From contig MTMF02000009.1 in NCBI GenBank assembly GCA_002011125.2, forward strand, positions 1,480,989 to 1,544,988: a DNA stretch of 64,000 nt, in the 5' to 3' direction. The translations under genes and the position numbers were made by a program. The notes beneath the pieces were generated by a model. The model did no database searches, was not told the origin of the DNA, and saw only the letters and a list, made by a program, of their open reading frames with translations. This document shows positions 59,358 through 64,000 of this stretch, piece by piece (position 1 is the stretch's first letter; the number at the start of each line of letters is the position of its first letter). This DNA comes from Candidatus Hydrothermarchaeum profundi (GTDB lineage: Archaea; Hydrothermarchaeota; Hydrothermarchaeia; Hydrothermarchaeales; Hydrothermarchaeaceae).

Positions 59358-60179
59358 TTATTCCCTCCAGATTTTCAAGGTGACCCAGGCAAACTGCCGT
59401 TTTATAGCGTTAGAATAAGTAACCAAGTCTTGACCTATATTGCTTGGAGCTCTAATTACATAGAAACTGCCTTCTCTCTTTGGGTTTGCGGAGACCTTAA
59501 TATACACATAGTTGTCTTGTCCTTCTATTAGAAGGCTTTCGTCGAGTTGGACTTTCGCGTAGGTATCAGCTGCAGTCATAAATGAGGTCCAACTACCACC
59601 CCTAAGGTCATCACAGGTCTGCTGTGAACTATAAATTGCATACCATGCTCTCACACCTGCATCCTCAGCGATTCCCTCCAAATAATAGTTGAATTTATCA
59701 AAATCCCCAGATGCTATATAGAAGGAACTCTCATATATAGGAGGATTATTCCCATTTCTAGGGCAAAGTTCTTCTGCGACCGATGATCCACTATGGGACA
59801 CTTGGGCGATTACGCCGAGTAGTTTATATAACTTTATAAAGTCAAGTCTCTTTGCCACGGAAATATCCTTGGCCGCACTGAGGTTACCATGCGTCACATT
59901 AACTAATATGGAACCATTATATTCCAATTGATAGCTGTAATTATAATAGCTTGGTACCAAAGTTTGCAGTACCTGTGTTACAACACTTTCATTAGTCTCT
60001 TCAGTATTCTTTCTAGCAATCATAACTTCTAGTACATCCTGAGCAACTCTCTCCTCTCTTATAAGCCCCCATGAGTGTAGAGTCTCTGACCCGCCTATCT
60101 GCGATACCGCTGCAACTATAATAAAGACCGGTATGAGTGCCAGTACGGCATCCATGGTAAATATAAATGCCCTGTTCAT
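59358..60179 (-). CDS. Class III signal peptide (pilin-like) protein
   Basis: MNRA/FIFTMDAVLALIPVFIIV; C-terminal VTLKIW. Confidence 0.7.
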   Translation of the reverse strand: MNRAFIFTMDAVLALIPVFIIVAAVSQIGGSETLHSWGLIREERVAQDVLEVMIARKNTEETNESVVTQVLQTLVPSYYNYSYQLEYNGSILVNVTHGNLSAAKDISVAKRLDFIKLYKLLGVIAQVSHSGSSVAEELCPRNGNNPPIYESSFYIASGDFDKFNYYLEGIAEDAGVRAWYAIYSSQQTCDDLRGGSWTSFMTAADTYAKVQLDESLLIEGQDNYVYIKVSANPKREGSFYVIRAPSNIGQDLVTYSNAIKRQFAWVTLKIWRE

Positions 60180-62005
60180 TATTTCCACACATATACTTTT
60201 ATCTTACCTGTCTCTATACCTGTTAAGAAATCTGTTCTAGGCGTGCCTGATTGTATAAATACTCCTGTCCTTCTGTTATTTCTTCTAAACATCGGCCAAT
60301 CTGAACCACTGCCCATGGTATTAAATACGTAGAGGTAGTTGTCATTTGAGCCTACTGCTATGTCTAGTATGCCATCACCATCTAAGTCTGCTACCGCTGG
60401 AGAAGAGATAATTTGGCCTCCAGTAGCGTATCTCCATCTCAAGGTGCCATCATGATTGAGGATATATAGATAGTGGTCATTTGACCCTATAATTACTTCT
60501 AACTTACAGTCTCCATCTACATCGGCAATAGCAGGGGAAGACCTAACATCTCCTCCGGTTTCATAGCTCCATAGAAGGGAACCGTCCTCGCTGTTAACTG
60601 CGTAAATCTTATCATCATCTGACCCGAATATTACTTCCTTTTTTCCATCTTCATCTATATCTGCAAGCGCTGGTGAACTCCGTATCCTATCGCCCGCTGT
60701 GAAGTTCCATAACGAGCTACCGTCATCTCCATTTAATGCATAAAGAACATCGTTATCAGAGCCCACTATGACCTCTTTTATGCCATCGTCATCTACATCA
60801 TAGACTGCCGCTGAAGAGATTACGTCACTTGGAGTAGGTAAGGCAAAGCTCCAAATAGAAATAGGCGGCCAGCCATTGGTGAAGCCTTCAATATAGTCAT
60901 CAAAGGATCCCTCTCTCTCCCCTCCTACGATGATATCATAGTCACCATCATTACTTACATCTTCTAGTACTGGAGTTGCCACGATTTTTCGCTTCCACTG
61001 CGAATAGTTTTGCCCTGTCGTATTCAAAATAACTAACTTATCATCTTGTTCATAGGGTATGCTTGTATCCCCCGCCCCAATAACAATCCAAGTTTCTCCC
61101 CCTACATCGCCTACCGCTGGAGAAGAAAAGATAGGACTTCCAATCTCATAGCTCCATGCTAAGGAGCCGTCGTGATTGATTGAGTAGACATCTTCGTCGG
61201 TTGATCCTACAATAATTTCGTAAAATCCATCATCATCTAGGTCTGCATATGCAGGTGAAGATGAAGGGTAGTTATTCCCGCTGAACTCTACAGAGTAACC
61301 TTTATCTGAGGTGCTCCAGTTTTTTGTTCCGTCACTATTTAAGGCATATACATTGTTGTCATGAGATCCAAATACCACTTTATTTCCGTCACCGTATAAA
61401 TCAACGATCAAAGGAGATGACATTACACGTCCTCCTGTTTGATACTTCCATTTTAATCCAAAGCTGACATTGAGGAGACCAATTACCCTTTCCGCCACAT
61501 CTAGCCGTGTAGCTGAGGAGATATTAGAAGAAATGCTTGCACTATCATTAGTAAGAACAAGCTCTCCAGATTGATATACCCCCATTATATCAAGCTTTGT
61601 GTTTCCAGAGGAGTTTATTATCTGTATCCGTAGGTTATATCCCCCTGATAGCTTTTTTATAGATTCTTTTAGCTGAGAGCTACTAATATTACTTGAAATT
61701 GCTTCTAACTTTGCTGGATCGAGAATGTGGTTGAGAGTCGCATTTACATATTCACATGTGTCCATTTTAGATGCAAATCCTAATACCTCCACAGAGGTAC
61801 TATCCCATATCTCTGGCTTTCCAGGAGTTTTTATTAGAATATCAGCAATATCAGATGCGGTTCTATGACTTGAGAATATTAAAACATAATCTTGAACTTG
61901 AGTAGCTACACCTGACATAGCATTGGCTGACATGCCGAGAATTATCGTTATAGGGACTAAAGCTAAAAGAAGATCTAAAGTAAAGAGCTGGGCTCTATTG
62001 CTCAT
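60179..62005 (-). CDS. Class III signal peptide (pilin-like) protein with an FG-GAP/PQQ-like beta-propeller
   Basis: NRA/QLFTLDLLLAL; L.KTPG.PE.W; repeats of SSPA.AD.D.DG..E..VGS.D; C-terminal IKVYVW. Confidence 0.78.
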   Translation of the reverse strand: MSNRAQLFTLDLLLALVPITIILGMSANAMSGVATQVQDYVLIFSSHRTASDIADILIKTPGKPEIWDSTSVEVLGFASKMDTCEYVNATLNHILDPAKLEAISSNISSSQLKESIKKLSGGYNLRIQIINSSGNTKLDIMGVYQSGELVLTNDSASISSNISSATRLDVAERVIGLLNVSFGLKWKYQTGGRVMSSPLIVDLYGDGNKVVFGSHDNNVYALNSDGTKNWSTSDKGYSVEFSGNNYPSSSPAYADLDDDGFYEIIVGSTDEDVYSINHDGSLAWSYEIGSPIFSSPAVGDVGGETWIVIGAGDTSIPYEQDDKLVILNTTGQNYSQWKRKIVATPVLEDVSNDGDYDIIVGGEREGSFDDYIEGFTNGWPPISIWSFALPTPSDVISSAAVYDVDDDGIKEVIVGSDNDVLYALNGDDGSSLWNFTAGDRIRSSPALADIDEDGKKEVIFGSDDDKIYAVNSEDGSLLWSYETGGDVRSSPAIADVDGDCKLEVIIGSNDHYLYILNHDGTLRWRYATGGQIISSPAVADLDGDGILDIAVGSNDNYLYVFNTMGSGSDWPMFRRNNRRTGVFIQSGTPRTDFLTGIETGKIKVYVWK

Positions 62006-62156
62006 AATACCACTAATATAGAGACTAAACTATAAATGTGTCGTAAATAAATTACATATCTATATATACGCAGGGAATATAAAAGGTTCCGGTCATATTT
62101 TGCTCTGCTATTTTAGGCAATATGGTTTATATACGCTCTACCGCTATTCAGTAAGC

Positions 62157-62768
62157 ATGATAGCTGGAAGCGATGAAGCAGGGAAAGGAGACTATTTTGG
62201 TTATATCGTCGTTGCATGCGTTTGCTGTAAGGAATCTATACTCAAGGAAATGAGTATAAGAGACTCTAAATCGTTGAGTGAGAAACAAATTTTTCGTTTT
62301 GAAAAAAAAATTAAGGAGAAATGTGTTTGGAAAGTATTTTCCCTTTCGCCAAGGAGATATAATCAGCTTCATAAGGATACGGGAGGAAAATATAACTTGA
62401 ATCAAGTATTAGGATGGCTTCACGCTAAAGCTATTGAGGAGATTACTAAGAACTGCAGTCCTAAGCGGATAATTGTAGATAAGTTTGGTAAAGAGGATAA
62501 TGTACTACGTAACCTGAGAAAGAATATTAAAAAAAATATATATTTTTTAACTCGGGGAGAAGAAGATGCTGCTGTGGCCGCTGCCTCGATTTTAGCAAGA
62601 GCTGAGTTTCTCCGTAAACATAGGTACTTATCGAGAAAATATGGGATTGAGTTTCCCCTTGGCTCTGCTCATGTAAAAGAGGCAGCCTACAGGTTTATAG
62701 AATTATATGGGAAAGAGAGGTTGGTCGAAGTAGCGAAAGTCCATTTTAAGATTACGAGAGAGCTGTAG
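62157..62768 (+). CDS. rnhC: Ribonuclease HIII-type enzyme (catalytic domain only)
   Basis: GSDEAGKGDYFG, RDSK.L, YN.L....NLN..L.W.H, VAAASILAR..F, AKVHFK. Confidence 0.8.
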   Translation: MIAGSDEAGKGDYFGYIVVACVCCKESILKEMSIRDSKSLSEKQIFRFEKKIKEKCVWKVFSLSPRRYNQLHKDTGGKYNLNQVLGWLHAKAIEEITKNCSPKRIIVDKFGKEDNVLRNLRKNIKKNIYFLTRGEEDAAVAAASILARAEFLRKHRYLSRKYGIEFPLGSAHVKEAAYRFIELYGKERLVEVAKVHFKITREL

Positions 62769-62806
62769 AAAAGTTTATTTAAAAAAGCTTGCATACATTC
62801 ACCTAT

Positions 62807-63385
62807 ATGAAGGTTATTAGCAAGTCACACAGTAGCGGTGATGTTAGTAAGGCTCTAGACGATACTATACATGACATTAATGAGGAATTGAAGAAAGTGG
62901 ATGGACTGATTACAAAACTTGACTGCGAGATATCCGCTGGCCCTTCTGGTGCCTGTGTTGTTATTACTGCCGTGGTTAATGGGAACCAGCCAAGGCACAA
63001 AGAAATAGTAGGCGTGAATGTAAGAGGAGTAAGTAGAGACCATTCAATAAAGAAAGCATCTGATAGGCTCAATCAGTTACTAGGAGATAGAAATGGAGAA
63101 ATAGTCGATATTTTTTCGAAAACTATTGTCACACCACTTCCAGGAAGGGTTTACACTACGATGGTGGCTGCTGTTAATGAAGAAGTAATGGAAGAAGTTG
63201 GTGATGCAAATATTAGAAGACAAAGATTAAAGAAGACTTTAGAGTTGCTTAATAATGACCCATCCGCTATAAATATTGCGAAGGTAGCTGAAGTTTTTGG
63301 TGTATCTAGAAGCATGATATATAGGGATCTTGAGATACTCGGTTTTCAAAGAGTTTCAGAAGGGGCTCCCGTGCTTAAAAAGTAG
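62807..63385 (+). CDS. Hypothetical protein: tandem small alpha/beta domains plus C-terminal HTH
   Basis: C-terminal INIAKVAEVFGVSRSMIYRDLE. Confidence 0.7.
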   Translation: MKVISKSHSSGDVSKALDDTIHDINEELKKVDGLITKLDCEISAGPSGACVVITAVVNGNQPRHKEIVGVNVRGVSRDHSIKKASDRLNQLLGDRNGEIVDIFSKTIVTPLPGRVYTTMVAAVNEEVMEEVGDANIRRQRLKKTLELLNNDPSAINIAKVAEVFGVSRSMIYRDLEILGFQRVSEGAPVLKK

Positions 63386-63401
63386 CTGAGATGTGCATTA
63401 G

Positions 63402-63944
63402 ATGATAATTCTTTTAACCGGAACCCCTGGAACGGGTAAGACTACAGTTTCAAGGTTATTTTCTAAAAAATATGGTTTCCGGAAGATTAGCATTAATGAT
63501 ATTGCTACCTCGGAGGTCTGTGAAGGCGTAGAAAAGGGAAGCAGACTAGTTAATATTGAAAAGTTATCTGATAAAATCTCTCAAATAGTCTCAGGAGATG
63601 CAATAATTGAGGGGCATTTATCTCATTATTTACCTTATGGGGATATTGTAATAGTTTTAAGGACAAGACCAGATGTGCTTGAGAAAAGGCTGATTAAGAA
63701 GGGATTTGATAAGGATAAAATCGCTGAAAATCTTGAGGCTGAGGCTCTCGATGTATGTCTAATAGAGAGTATTGAGAGGCATAGAAAAGTTTATGAGATA
63801 GATACTACAAAAAAAAAGGTTCCAGATGTCGTAGCTGACATGAAGAAGATATTGGAGGGAAGATGGGAGGAATTTGTTCCGGGGAAAATTGACTGGAGTG
63901 AAAATTTTTTCGACGTTAAACGTAATAAAAAAAAGGTGATGTAA
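63402..63944 (+). CDS. Adenylate kinase 6 / Fap7-like NMP kinase
   Basis: LTGTPGTGKTT, IEGHLSH, VLRT.P..L.KRL, EN.EAE. Confidence 0.9.
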   Translation: MIILLTGTPGTGKTTVSRLFSKKYGFRKISINDIATSEVCEGVEKGSRLVNIEKLSDKISQIVSGDAIIEGHLSHYLPYGDIVIVLRTRPDVLEKRLIKKGFDKDKIAENLEAEALDVCLIESIERHRKVYEIDTTKKKVPDVVADMKKILEGRWEEFVPGKIDWSENFFDVKRNKKKVM

Positions 63945-63945
63945 T

Positions 63946-64000
63946 ATGATGTTGCAATTGAGGATGTATCTGTTGCTTGGTATAATGTTCGCTATAGTAT
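63946..64000 (+). CDS. Start of a membrane protein, possibly HtpX; truncated by the window end
   Basis: AGGTGAT RBS, then MMLQLRMYLLLGIMFAIV. Confidence 0.4.
   Translation, partial: MMLQLRMYLLLGIMFAIV

Noticed and set aside
60300-61440. Periodic repeats as a CRISPR array or DNA tandem repeat
   Set aside because: The periodicity is at protein level (propeller blades), with degenerate codons and no identical DNA repeats or spacers. The same holds for 37900-38720.

Overview
Gene-dense, AT-rich archaeal chromosome segment with a euryarchaeal-type gene set (lineage not determinable from this window). Most of it is housekeeping: ftsZ2, F420 genes cofE/cofD, KEOPS, the rpl7ae-to-bud32 translation/transcription superoperon, gltX, nop5/fibrillarin, methanopterin mptG, split lipoate ligase, acdAB, fen1, the lipid genes carS and DGGGP synthase, pur/pyr/arg genes, thiC, and four tRNAs (two with introns). 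No CRISPR array, transposase or integrase was seen. The standout is a ~10 kb six-gene locus (37068-46837). It holds two very divergent tubulin/FtsZ-superfamily GTPases, one with a GQCG loop and an acidic tail and the other with a beta-tubulin-like GAGNNW loop. They flank a membrane-anchored coiled-coil gene and are transcribed divergently from two paralogous cell-surface proteins that share a C-terminal tail motif. A beta-propeller surface protein completes the locus, which looks like a trans-membrane cytoskeletal system. Other observations: three core genes (fibrillarin, a PIN nuclease, rpoE') appear to start at ACG/ATA codons; a repeated TGTGAAT motif lies between ftsZ2 and a divergent wHTH gene; several small ORFs are missing from the ORF track, including a TatA-like peptide; there is a pilin-like adhesin operon and an RNase HIII-type gene. 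All family assignments come from motif recognition by eye, with no database searches.
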